From: an uncultured Acidobacteriota bacterium
Lineage (GTDB): Bacteria > Acidobacteriota > Terriglobia > Terriglobales > Acidobacteriaceae
Assembly: GCA_963719655.1 (NCBI GenBank)
Contig: CAVRDQ010000138.1
Coordinates: 6,417 to 70,416, forward strand
Reading direction: 5' to 3'
Length of the DNA stretch: 64,000 nucleotides
Part shown: positions 8,695-18,081 of the stretch, piece by piece
Position numbering within the stretch: position 1 is the stretch's first letter
Layout of the letters: each line of letters starts with the position of its first letter
Notes under the pieces: model-generated
Databases searched by the model: none
Told to the model about the DNA's origin: nothing
Seen by the model: the letters and a program-made list of their open reading frames with translations, nothing else
Made by a program: the position numbers and the translations under genes

Positions 8695-11658
8695 ATGCGT
8701 CGAGTTATAGCCATCACGATTCTCTTCCTGGTAGTCCTTTCCTCCGCCGTCTTCGGGCAGAGTGGCAAGGGCTCCGTCAGCGGCCATGTGGCGGATTCCG
8801 TCAACGCCGTACTGCTGGGCGCGCAGGTGGAACTGTTGCCAAACGCCGGCCAGACCACCACCAACGAGCAGGGTGAATTCAACTTCACCGCCGTGCCCGC
8901 GGGCACCTACACGCTGCTCATCCACTACGTCGGATTTGATAATTTCTCCCAGGAAGTCAAGGTGGCTCCGGGCCAGCGAGTCTTTGTGAAGGCGGTCATC
9001 AAGGTGGCGCAGAAGGCCGATGAAGTCACGGTCTTCAGCGAGCGCGAAAGCGGCGAGGTTGAGGCCATCAACCGCACCCGCACCGCCGACAACATCGTGC
9101 AGATTCTGCCGGCTGAGATCATCACCAGCCTGCCCAACGCCAACGTCGCCGACGCACTCGGCCGCCTGCCTTCCATCACGCTGCTGCGTACGGAAGGCGA
9201 AGGCGAATACATTAGCGTCCGCGGCACCGAACCACGCCTGACCAACGTCACCATCAACGGCATCACCATTCCTTCGCCGGAGCCCACCGTCCGCCAGGTT
9301 CGACTGGACGTGATTCCCGCTGACCTCGTGGAGTCGGTCGAGATCAACAAGACCATGTCCGCCAGCCAGGACGGCGACGGTATCGGCGGCTCGGTGGACC
9401 TGCGCACCAAGACGGCCACCGACCAGCCTCTGGTCAACATCTACGGCAACGCCGGACGCACCGAGATCATGAACGGCCGTGACGTGGCCCAGTTCGGCGG
9501 CACCTACGGACAGCGCTTCGGCAAGAAGAAGCAGTTCGGCGTGCTGTTTGGCGGCACCTACGACTGGAATGGCCGCGGCATTGATAACATTCAGCCCGCG
9601 ATTGATCCCTACTCCACCTACGCGCAGCCTTTCTACGATAACGACACGATCCGAGAATATCGTTACTACCGCACCCGCTACGGCTTTGCCGGCAGTGCCG
9701 ACTACAAACTGGGCGAGTTCAGCAGCATCTATGCCCACGGCCTGTACAGCGATCTGAAGGACTGGGGCGACAAGTGGTACTACGAGCCCGTCTCCAAGGC
9801 GATCTCTCTGGTCGGCGGCGTGCCAACCGATCCCAGCCCGACGGCAACCTCCAGCAGCCCGAAGTTTTACACCTCGAGCAAGCGTCCCAACGCCAGCGTC
9901 GGCTCGCTGATGCTCGGCGGACACCACGTGCAGCCGACCAGCACCATCAACTGGGAAATCTCGGCCTCGCGCTCTTATGAAGTGGATTCGGCCGGCAACC
10001 CGAAGGCCGACTTTGCCTGGGTTGGTCCCAAGGTCTATTGCAACTACGTTCCGCAGGGCGTCACCAACACGCCGACCTTCGGACTCTGCGACGCGGCGGG
10101 CTCGGTGCTGCAGAACTCACAGCTCTGGGCACTGAAGGACTTGACGACCAGCAAGGGCCTGACGGCGCAGTTGAACCTGACGGCCGCCGGCAGCTACGCC
10201 AAGCGCTACGAGGCGGACGGCCATCACGGCACCTTCGAGGCGGGCTTCAAGTTCCGCAACGGACACAAGTATCAGGACGCCACGGAAAACGTTTACGACG
10301 GCTGGTCCACCTCGGGTAATCCGGGACTGTTGATGGCTAACCTGCAAGATAGCTTCCAGGCCAACGACTTCTTCCAGGGACATTATTTCGGTGGAAAATT
10401 TGGCCCGGTGTCGAACTTCCAGAAGTCAGCGAATTACGTTCTGCAGAACCTCTCGGCCGATCTGGACGGATACAAGACGGCCTCCGATGGCGCGCCCAAC
10501 CAGTTTGACATCATTGAGCGCATCACCGCCGGTTATGTAATGAACACCATTGACCTGGGCAAGCTGCACATCCAGACCGGCCTGCGCCTTGAGGCCACGC
10601 AGATGGATACCCTGGGCCACACCGTTACCCTCCTCAATCCCGGCCAGGGTTCATGCCCCAGCTCTGCCTATGGCGGCTGCGGCGTGGTAAGCAGCGTCAC
10701 CAACAACCCCAGCTACATTGATGTTCTGCCCAGCGCGCAGTTCCGCTACTCGCTGACCAAGGACAGCTCACTGCGCGCGGTGTTTGCCCGCGGCGTCGCC
10801 CGTCCGGATGCTTACCAGCTGGTGCCCTACGTGACGGAAGACGACACGGCCAGCCCCACCACGGTGGCGATCGGCAATCCCAGCCTGCGCCCCGAGCACG
10901 CCAACAACTACGACCTGCTGTATGAGAAGTTTCTGAAGCCGGTCGGCATCTTCCAGGCGGGCTTCTTCTTCAAGCAGCTGACCGCGCCCCAGGTGACCGA
11001 GGCGATTCCGGGCAGCATCAGCCTTGCATCGTTGCCTGCGGGCTATCTGCCGCCGACGCTGGCTCCCATCATCGCCCAGTATCCGGGTGATTCCATCACC
11101 ATGACCTTGAACGGCAAGAACGCCTATCTGTACGGCTTTGAGGCGAACTACCAGCAGCACCTGACCTTCCTCGCGGGACCGTTCAGCCACCTGGGCGTTT
11201 CGGCCAACTACAGCTACATCGTCAGCCAGGAAAAGGGCCTGCTGTTGCGCTCGGACAGCCCGGCGTTGCAACAGCAGTCACCGACGGCCTGGAACCTGAG
11301 CCCGACCTGGGACAGCAAGCATGTGTCGTTCCGGCTGGGCATCACCTACAACGGTCCGTGCATCTACCAGTACGCCTACGTCTCGCCCGCGCTGCTTGCA
11401 TCGGGCTCGGGAGCGGACGTCAGCGGCCTCGGTCCGCATGGCCCGCAGGGCGACATCTACACCCTGGCGCACACCCAGATTGACGCGCAGATCAACGTCA
11501 AGGTCAATCAGCACCTCACCTTCATGGCCTACGGACTGAACTTGAACAACGAGGTCTTCGGCTACTACACGGGCAGCACGAACTTTGTGAACCAGCGCGA
11601 GTATTACCGCTCCACCTACGCCGGTGGCGTGAAGTACACCTTCACCCGCGGCAAGTAG
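8695..11658 (+). CDS. TonB-dependent receptor with carboxypeptidase-regulatory-like domain
   Basis: The track ORF starts at 8533, but the signal peptide MRRVIAITILFLVVLSSAVFGQ begins at ATG 8695. Has a CarboxypepD_reg-like stretch (GSVSGHVADS...GEFNFTAVPAGTYTL) followed by plug and barrel. Confidence 0.9.
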   Translation: MRRVIAITILFLVVLSSAVFGQSGKGSVSGHVADSVNAVLLGAQVELLPNAGQTTTNEQGEFNFTAVPAGTYTLLIHYVGFDNFSQEVKVAPGQRVFVKAVIKVAQKADEVTVFSERESGEVEAINRTRTADNIVQILPAEIITSLPNANVADALGRLPSITLLRTEGEGEYISVRGTEPRLTNVTINGITIPSPEPTVRQVRLDVIPADLVESVEINKTMSASQDGDGIGGSVDLRTKTATDQPLVNIYGNAGRTEIMNGRDVAQFGGTYGQRFGKKKQFGVLFGGTYDWNGRGIDNIQPAIDPYSTYAQPFYDNDTIREYRYYRTRYGFAGSADYKLGEFSSIYAHGLYSDLKDWGDKWYYEPVSKAISLVGGVPTDPSPTATSSSPKFYTSSKRPNASVGSLMLGGHHVQPTSTINWEISASRSYEVDSAGNPKADFAWVGPKVYCNYVPQGVTNTPTFGLCDAAGSVLQNSQLWALKDLTTSKGLTAQLNLTAAGSYAKRYEADGHHGTFEAGFKFRNGHKYQDATENVYDGWSTSGNPGLLMANLQDSFQANDFFQGHYFGGKFGPVSNFQKSANYVLQNLSADLDGYKTASDGAPNQFDIIERITAGYVMNTIDLGKLHIQTGLRLEATQMDTLGHTVTLLNPGQGSCPSSAYGGCGVVSSVTNNPSYIDVLPSAQFRYSLTKDSSLRAVFARGVARPDAYQLVPYVTEDDTASPTTVAIGNPSLRPEHANNYDLLYEKFLKPVGIFQAGFFFKQLTAPQVTEAIPGSISLASLPAGYLPPTLAPIIAQYPGDSITMTLNGKNAYLYGFEANYQQHLTFLAGPFSHLGVSANYSYIVSQEKGLLLRSDSPALQQQSPTAWNLSPTWDSKHVSFRLGITYNGPCIYQYAYVSPALLASGSGADVSGLGPHGPQGDIYTLAHTQIDAQINVKVNQHLTFMAYGLNLNNEVFGYYTGSTNFVNQREYYRSTYAGGVKYTFTRGK

Positions 11659-11685
11659 CACGCATCCTTCGATGGAACGCTCCAC

Positions 11686-11722
11686 GGGGTGCATGCGGAA
11701 GATTGCATGTGCCCCGGTTTTT
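11686..11722 (+). terminator. Rho-independent terminator after TonB receptor
   Basis: Stem ggggtgcatgc / gcatgtgcccc (two G-U pairs), loop ggaagatt, followed by ggttttt. Confidence 0.6.
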
Positions 11723-11828
11723 GTCTGCACCAACGGGCCGTGGGAACTCCGCTGCGTGATGCACAACTGCGAGTCTGGGTGGGCAGGTCACTGAAGTTGC
11801 GAAAGACTGAGATGGGAAAAACACTGAC

Positions 11829-13103
11829 ATGAAGATGCAGGCCATGATTCGCCGGTTCCATCTGCCGATGTTCGCCATTGCCGTTCTGTTGTATTCGGCC
11901 ACGCTTGTGGCACAGCCGGCCACGCAGCCGCAACGCATCATCCTGACCTTGACGGCCGACCCCGCGCACTCCATGGCGGTCACATGGCGCAGCATACAGG
12001 CCGTGCCGCAGGCCGGGGTGCAGATCGCCGTGGCCTCGCCCGCGCCCACCTTCCCGAAAGATGCGGCCACCGTGCAGGCCACTTCCACGGCCGTGGCCAA
12101 CACCGAGCTCAAGCTCTCCTACTCCGCTGTGCTCAAGGGGCTGAAGCCCGACACTCAATACCTGTACCGCGTCGGCGCCGACGGCGCATGGAGCGAGTGG
12201 AACTTCTTCCGCACCGCCCAGGAGCAGCCTGCGCCTTTCCGTTTTCTCTATCTAGGCGACGCGCAGAACAGCATTCACTCCATGTGGTCCCACACCGTCC
12301 GCGCGGCCTACGCCGCGGCCCCCGACGCGCGCTTCATGGTGCATGCCGGAGACCTGGTGGCCGAGGGCTTTGACGACAAGCTCTGGGGCGAGTGGCATGA
12401 CAGTCTTGGTTTTATCGCAGCCACCATGCCCAGCCTGCCCGTGGTCGGCAACCATGACCTGCACCTTGCGGCCTCCGGCGACGGGGACGGCAAGGTGAAA
12501 AATATCTTCGCCGCGCCCCTCTGGACGGCGAACTTCACTCTCCCTGCCAACGGTCCCGCCATCCCGGAAACTCCCGGGCAGAGCTACTACGTGGACTACC
12601 AGGGCGTACGCTTCATCGCCCTGGACGCAAACGTCTGGGCCAATGACAGCTATCGCCCTGAGCAGCGCGGACGTGTCAGTGCCGCCGAGTTGAAATGGGT
12701 GGAAGAGCTATTGAAGACGAATCCCAATCGCTGGACGATTGTTGTGCAACACCAGAGCCCATACTCCGTGGGCAAGGACCGCGACTACGACGCGATGCGT
12801 GCCGCGCTGGTGCCGCTCTTCGACAAGTATCACGTGGACCTCGTCCTGATGGGCCATGACCATTGCTACGCTCGCACCCGGCGCATCACCGCCAGCAAGC
12901 CTTCAGCAAACGGAACCATCTACGTGATCTCCGTCAGTGGCCCCAAGATGTACAAGGTCAGTGCTCGCCACGCCGAACTGATGGAAGTTGTGCGGGAGAA
13001 CACGCAGATGTACCAGGTCATTGACGTTGCCCCCAACCGCCTGAAGTTTTCTGCCTACGACGCCAGGGGCGGCAAGGTGGATGAGTTCACACTGGAAAAG
13101 TAG
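11829..13103 (+). CDS. Secreted metallophosphoesterase, purple-acid-phosphatase-like
   Basis: 424 aa with a signal peptide. Calcineurin-like motifs GDAQN, HAGDLV, VVGNHD, MGHDH, and an N-terminal PAP-like beta domain (ILTLTADPAHSMAVTWRS). Confidence 0.85.
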   Translation: MKMQAMIRRFHLPMFAIAVLLYSATLVAQPATQPQRIILTLTADPAHSMAVTWRSIQAVPQAGVQIAVASPAPTFPKDAATVQATSTAVANTELKLSYSAVLKGLKPDTQYLYRVGADGAWSEWNFFRTAQEQPAPFRFLYLGDAQNSIHSMWSHTVRAAYAAAPDARFMVHAGDLVAEGFDDKLWGEWHDSLGFIAATMPSLPVVGNHDLHLAASGDGDGKVKNIFAAPLWTANFTLPANGPAIPETPGQSYYVDYQGVRFIALDANVWANDSYRPEQRGRVSAAELKWVEELLKTNPNRWTIVVQHQSPYSVGKDRDYDAMRAALVPLFDKYHVDLVLMGHDHCYARTRRITASKPSANGTIYVISVSGPKMYKVSARHAELMEVVRENTQMYQVIDVAPNRLKFSAYDARGGKVDEFTLEK

Positions 13104-13410
13104 ATCGGCGGAGCCGGAGGAGTGACCTTCGGCTCCTTCTTGCTGGAATTCCTCCAATCAAGCTGCGCTATCAGGGCAATTCCGCTGACGATGGCCCGCG
13201 CCGCTTCACGTTTCACAGTTTATTTACCTCTGATTCATAACCTCAACTGCATCACTGGTTGAGCATGGCCAGCAGTGATCTCCTGTCTTACGGCAAGTGC
13301 TCTGGTATGCCACGGACGGTCTCACACAACCCGCACCGATTGGTGCGGGCCTGCCAGTGGTTCCCCATGCGAGGAGTCGCGGCAGGAATTTTCCACTACA
13401 TGGAGAGGCC

Positions 13411-15780
13411 ATGAAACACTGCTCGTCATTCTTCGGAATTGCCGTCCTGCTGCTTGCCCCGCTCGGGATGTTTGCCCAGCAGGCGGGCGGCCCATCCCAG
13501 CCGCCTGCTGATCCCGGTACTCCGCCCGCCAAGATTCAGGTATCCGACAGCATTTCCGTCACCGCTCCCGGCGAAATACGCACGGAACAGACCGTCAGCG
13601 AGCGCGTGATTGAAGAAGCGGCGCCCGGCACCAGTCCCATCCGGATCGTCTCGCAGCTGCCCAGCGTCAACTACACCTCGGCCGACCCTTACGGCGCCTA
13701 CGAGTGGGCGGTACGCATCTCCATCCGCGGCTTCAACCAGAACCAGCTCGGCTTCACGCTCGATGAAGTTCCGCTGGGCGACATGAGCTACGGCAACTGG
13801 AATGGCCTGCACATCAGCCGCGCCATCATGGACGAAAACATCGGCCGCATCGTCCTCTCGCAGGGCACCGGCTCGCTGGAAACGGCCTCGAACAGCAACC
13901 TGGGTGGCACCGTGCAGTTCTACTCGGTGGACCCCTCGGACAAGCGTTCGGTCACCGTGGACCAGAGCTTCGGCAGCTTCAACGCCTACCGCACCGTGGC
14001 CCGTTATGAGAGCGGCCTGCTGCATGGCAACACCAAGTTCTACATCGCCGGCGTCAGCCAGCTTACCGACAAGTGGAAGGGCGCAGGCAACATCAGCCAG
14101 GATTACTGGCAGCTGAATGCCAAGATCGTTCATTACTTCGGCAGCAAGGGTGTCCTGACGGCCTTCGTGGACTATAGCAACCGCCACGAAACCGACTACC
14201 AGGATCTCTCCAAAGCCTACGTCAAGTACCTGGGCTACAACTGGGACAACTACGGCAATTGGGCGAACTCTTTGCAGGCTGCCAACGCCTATAACGGAAT
14301 CGGAAATTATCCCGGCAAAGTGGCGAACCTGCCGGCCGCCGACGACCAGGTGGACGCCGCCTACTATGCCGGCGCCGGTCTCCGCAAGGACACCCTTGCC
14401 GGAATCACCTACAAGGCCCAGCTCACCAGCAATCTGACGTGGAAGACGACCATCTACGGCCACGGCAACGATGGCATAGGACTGTGGTTCACGCCCTACA
14501 CGCCGACCTACAACTCCAGCTACACCGGCATCGTCTCGCCCATCTCCATGCGCAGCTCGGAGTACGGCATCAAGCGTGGTGGCATCCTGAGCTCGCTCAA
14601 ATATGAAACGAACCGCAACCGCCTGGAAGGCGGTGTGTGGTTTGAGAAGGAAGACTTCACCCTGGCCCGCCGCTACTACGGTACCAGCCTCAGCGGTCCT
14701 GACCAGACGCTGGACAGCTTCCCGAAGAACCCTTTCTACACGCAGTGGGCCTACGACTTCCCCACCACCGTTTACCAGATTCACCTCCAGGATCAGTTCA
14801 AGGTCACCAAGGACCTGACGCTCTCCGCCGGCTTTAAGACGGTCGAGACCACGACCACTGGCACGCTGGTTGCCCACGATGCTCCGGCGCTGACCGGCAC
14901 TCCCGCATCCAGCTATGCGCAGGGCCAGCTGACCAGCGGCAATCCCTTCCTGCCGCAGTTCGGCGCCAACTACAAGCTGGACAAGAAGAGCGAAGTCTAC
15001 GGCGATGCGGCGTACAACGTGCGCGCCTACGTGGCCGGCGGCAACGGCTTTGGGCCGGCTCCCTGGGGCACCACCCAGGCCGCTTTTGATTCCTCGAAGG
15101 ACACCATCAAGCCGGAGACCAGCTGGACCGAAGAGTTCGGTTACCGTTACACCAGCGACCGTGTAACGGCCGAGACCAGCTTCTTCCACGTCAACTTCAG
15201 CAACCGCCTGCTCGCCTTGCAGCAGGGCCCGTCCATCGCCGGCAACGCCAGCGTGCTGGTCAACGTCGCCGGTGTCACCACCAACGGCATTGACGCGGCG
15301 GCCACCGTGCAGCTCGGCCACGGCTTCTCGCTCTACAACGGCATCACCTGGAACCGTTCCACCTACGATGACAACGTGACTGCGTATATCGGCGGCGTGG
15401 AGTCCACTCTGCCTTTCAAGGGCAAAATCGCCGTGGATACGCCGGAGTTCATGTGGAAGACGTCGCTCGGTTATCACAACCACGGCTTCTTCACCAATCT
15501 GGACGCCGACTATATGTCCGAGCGTTATTACAGCTATGACAACACCGGCAGCGTGGACGGCCGCTTCCTGTCGAACTTCGCCGCTGGCTACAAGAAGTCT
15601 GAGGTTGGTCCGTTGCAGGACGTCAAGTTCCAGTTGAGCGTCTACAACCTTTTTGATGAGAAGTACTACTCGTCGATTGGGACCAACGGCTTCGTCAACA
15701 CCGATCCGACGGGTGTGGTGAACACCATGCAGGTGGGCTCGCCGCGGACCTTCGTCGGCTCGCTCTCCGCGCGCTTCTAG
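13411..15780 (+). CDS. TonB-dependent receptor
   Basis: The track ORF starts at 13297, but the signal peptide MKHCSSFFGIAVLLLAPLGMFAQQ begins at ATG 13411. Plug region (IRIVSQLPSVNYT...RGFNQNQLGFTLDEVPLGD) and barrel ending ...GSLSARF. Confidence 0.9.
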   Translation: MKHCSSFFGIAVLLLAPLGMFAQQAGGPSQPPADPGTPPAKIQVSDSISVTAPGEIRTEQTVSERVIEEAAPGTSPIRIVSQLPSVNYTSADPYGAYEWAVRISIRGFNQNQLGFTLDEVPLGDMSYGNWNGLHISRAIMDENIGRIVLSQGTGSLETASNSNLGGTVQFYSVDPSDKRSVTVDQSFGSFNAYRTVARYESGLLHGNTKFYIAGVSQLTDKWKGAGNISQDYWQLNAKIVHYFGSKGVLTAFVDYSNRHETDYQDLSKAYVKYLGYNWDNYGNWANSLQAANAYNGIGNYPGKVANLPAADDQVDAAYYAGAGLRKDTLAGITYKAQLTSNLTWKTTIYGHGNDGIGLWFTPYTPTYNSSYTGIVSPISMRSSEYGIKRGGILSSLKYETNRNRLEGGVWFEKEDFTLARRYYGTSLSGPDQTLDSFPKNPFYTQWAYDFPTTVYQIHLQDQFKVTKDLTLSAGFKTVETTTTGTLVAHDAPALTGTPASSYAQGQLTSGNPFLPQFGANYKLDKKSEVYGDAAYNVRAYVAGGNGFGPAPWGTTQAAFDSSKDTIKPETSWTEEFGYRYTSDRVTAETSFFHVNFSNRLLALQQGPSIAGNASVLVNVAGVTTNGIDAAATVQLGHGFSLYNGITWNRSTYDDNVTAYIGGVESTLPFKGKIAVDTPEFMWKTSLGYHNHGFFTNLDADYMSERYYSYDNTGSVDGRFLSNFAAGYKKSEVGPLQDVKFQLSVYNLFDEKYYSSIGTNGFVNTDPTGVVNTMQVGSPRTFVGSLSARF

Positions 15781-15804
15781 CCGATTGCTGTTGAGCACTA
15801 ACAT

Positions 15805-15842
15805 GCAGGGTGCGGATTCGTCCGCGCCCTGCGTTTCATTTC
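15805..15842 (+). terminator. Rho-independent terminator after TonB receptor
   Basis: Stem gcagggtgcgga / tccgcgccctgc (one G-U pair), loop ttcg, followed by gtttcatttc. Confidence 0.6.
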
Positions 15843-15914
15843 ACCTACGGTTGAAATCAGTGTGTTAACGTCGCCCATCCGGTGACGAAGTATTAGCCTA
15901 AGGGGGAAGCACTC

Positions 15915-17285
15915 ATGTTTCAGGGGAAATTGGCTGCCATGCGTTCGCTGGCTCTGGTCTTTCTTATCGGTGCGTGTATGAATACAGGATTCTGCCAGGG
16001 CACTGCAAAGACCGGTGCAACTGTACTGCTGATTAGCGTGGACGGGTTGAAGCCGGAGGCCGTTCTGCATGCGCAGGAGCACGGACTGGTGCTGCCGAAC
16101 CTGACCCGCCTGCTGCAGGATGGCGTCTACTCCCCGGGCGTGCACGGCGTGCTGCCCACGGTCACCTATCCCAGCCACACCACGCTGCTGACCGGAGTAT
16201 CACCGGCGCGGCACGGCATCGTGGCCAACACCACGTTTGATCCCTACAACAAGAATGACAAGGGCTGGTACTGGTACGCGGAAGACATCAAGGTCCCGAC
16301 GCTTTGGGATGCCGCCCACGCCGCGGGGCTCACCACGGCCAGCGTGTATTGGCCCGTCAGCGTGGGAGCCCACGTTGACTACAACCTGCCGCAGATTTGG
16401 CGAACCGGCACCGAGGACGACCTGAAGTTGCAGCGCGCGCTCTCCACTCCGGGGTTGGAGGCGGAATTGACGTCCAAGCTCGGCCGTTACCCCGGAGGCA
16501 TGGAAGAGACGGTGGATTTCGACGAAGTTCGCACCCGTTTTGCCATTGAGATTCTCGAGCGCAAACATCCGGCCTTTATGACCGTTTACCTGACCGGGCT
16601 CGACACCGAGCAGCACGCCACCGGCCCGTGGAGCCAGTCCTCCAACGCGGTGCTGCAGCGCCTTGATGCACTGGTCGGTCAGCTCCGCCAGGCGGCCGAG
16701 AAGAACTCGCCCGGCGCGGCCTATGTTTGCGTCGTCAGTGACCACGGCTTCGCCCGGGTACAGCACGACGTAAATCTCTACGCTGCTTTCCTGGCGGATG
16801 GTCTTTTCACTCTGGATGAGGCGCACAAAATTGCTTCGTGGAAGGCAATACCGTGGCCTGCCGGAGGCGCGGCCGCCGTCATGCTCGCCAATCCGAACGA
16901 TGAGGCAACGGCCCGGCAGGTGGACGCACTGCTGCACAAGCTGGCTTCCGATCCAGCCAGCGGAATTGACCGCATCCTCAACCACGAGGAGTTGCAAAAG
17001 GCCGGAGGCTTCCCGGAAGCGTATCGCTATGTTTCATTCCAGATTGGATTTGAGCTTGGCTACGGTTTCACGATGCCGCTGATCAGCGCGCCTTCGAACC
17101 TGGGCATGCATGGCTACCTGCCAAGTCAGCCGGAGATGCGCTCCTCGTTCTTCCTCGTCGGCCCCAACGTGGCGCATGGAAAATCCCTGGGCGAAATTGA
17201 CATGCGTCAGATCGCGCCTACCTTGGCAAACATTCTCGGCGCCAGGCTACCCGACGCGGAAGTCGGCCCGCTCTCAGTCGAGTAG
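15915..17285 (+). CDS. Secreted nucleotide pyrophosphatase/phosphodiesterase (alkaline-phosphatase superfamily)
   Basis: 456 aa with RBS aaggggga upstream. LLISVDGLKPE...LPTVTYPSHTTLLTGVSPARHGIVANT is typical of the type I phosphodiesterase/NPP family. Confidence 0.85.
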   Translation: MFQGKLAAMRSLALVFLIGACMNTGFCQGTAKTGATVLLISVDGLKPEAVLHAQEHGLVLPNLTRLLQDGVYSPGVHGVLPTVTYPSHTTLLTGVSPARHGIVANTTFDPYNKNDKGWYWYAEDIKVPTLWDAAHAAGLTTASVYWPVSVGAHVDYNLPQIWRTGTEDDLKLQRALSTPGLEAELTSKLGRYPGGMEETVDFDEVRTRFAIEILERKHPAFMTVYLTGLDTEQHATGPWSQSSNAVLQRLDALVGQLRQAAEKNSPGAAYVCVVSDHGFARVQHDVNLYAAFLADGLFTLDEAHKIASWKAIPWPAGGAAAVMLANPNDEATARQVDALLHKLASDPASGIDRILNHEELQKAGGFPEAYRYVSFQIGFELGYGFTMPLISAPSNLGMHGYLPSQPEMRSSFFLVGPNVAHGKSLGEIDMRQIAPTLANILGARLPDAEVGPLSVE

Positions 17286-17646
17286 CCGCCAACCAGCAGG
17301 CGTGTTGTCTACCTCGGGAACTTCGACGGACCCGATCGTGTTCTCCATCGGCCGGACGCGAAACTGCAGTTCTGGTGAGATGAGTGTGATGATGACGTGC
17401 CCGAGGTGGTCGAAGCTGTACTCACAGAATCATGGGGAGGGGAAGCCGAAGCCAACTCTGTTCGCGTGAAACTCTCGGCAGGCGTACTGACAGCAAGCCA
17501 TGGGTACTCAAGGCATTAAGGATGACCGGGAATCCACGTAAGCGTAAGAAATAATGGTTGGCTTTGGCGGACGATTTTAGAACTCTCTGGCTATGGATCG
17601 GATGGTCCAAGACTCTTGATAAAACTGGTAAGCAGCCACATAAGAG

Positions 17647-17907
17647 CTAGGAGTGAGTGGCGATGATATGTCCACTGAGTTTCTCAAGCGATGCCTGCGT
17701 CCGGTCCTGGCCGGTGGGTGCAGTGACCTTTGCAGCCGCTTCCAAGGCGGCGATCACTGTGTCCACTTCCAGCTCTCCGGCGATACACGCCTCGGCGAGA
17801 GGTTTACGGCCGCCACAGCAGTAGTCGATCCCGTAATGTTCAAGCACCCGGATAGAGGACGGCTATTCCAGTGCAATCTCGCGGACGGTCTTGGTTGTGG
17901 TGGTCAT
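17647..17907 (-). pseudogene. ric: Remnant of ric/scdA (repair of iron centres di-iron protein): in-frame TAG plus 3' truncation
   Basis: After RBS aaggag, the ATG at 17907 reads MTTTTKTVREIALE-TAG(17865-17863)-PSSIRVLEHYGIDYCCGGRKPLAEAC...LSGHIIATHS-stop. The ScdA_N motif GIDYCCGG is present, but the hemerythrin-like C-terminal two-thirds are absent. Confidence 0.7.
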
Positions 17908-18001
17908 GGCAATCTCCTTGAAACACAATCCAAGGGATTGCGGGCTCGCCCACAGAGACTTCAGCCACTCCAGCCCGACTGAAAAGCCAGCGATGATTGC
18001 C

Positions 18002-18017
18002 TGTGACTTAAGTCGCT
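18002..18017. promoter_or_regulatory. CRP/FNR-family-like site TGTGA-N6-TCGCT upstream of hcp
   Basis: tgtgacttaagtcgct is centred about 72 nt before the hcp ATG. The core gtgac-ttaa-gtcgc is a near palindrome. Assigned by resemblance only. Confidence 0.25.
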
Positions 18018-18081
18018 GTGGCACTTCCGGCCCCACCGTATTCTCAGCCCAGATACCAATCCATACAGGAAGGCTCACACG

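Noticed and set aside
13426-15804. 792-aa ORF antisense to the TonB receptor. Similar long antisense or alternative-frame ORFs include 1228-2424(-), 8524-9927(-), 26412-27599(+), 34011-35423(+), 45877-47004(-), 47751-49397(-), 57364-58572(-) and 61144-62229(+).
   Set aside because: These are typical shadow ORFs of high-G+C DNA. Their translations are Arg/Ala/Gly/Pro/His-rich with no motifs, and each lies entirely opposite to, or out of frame with, a gene that has clear family signatures.
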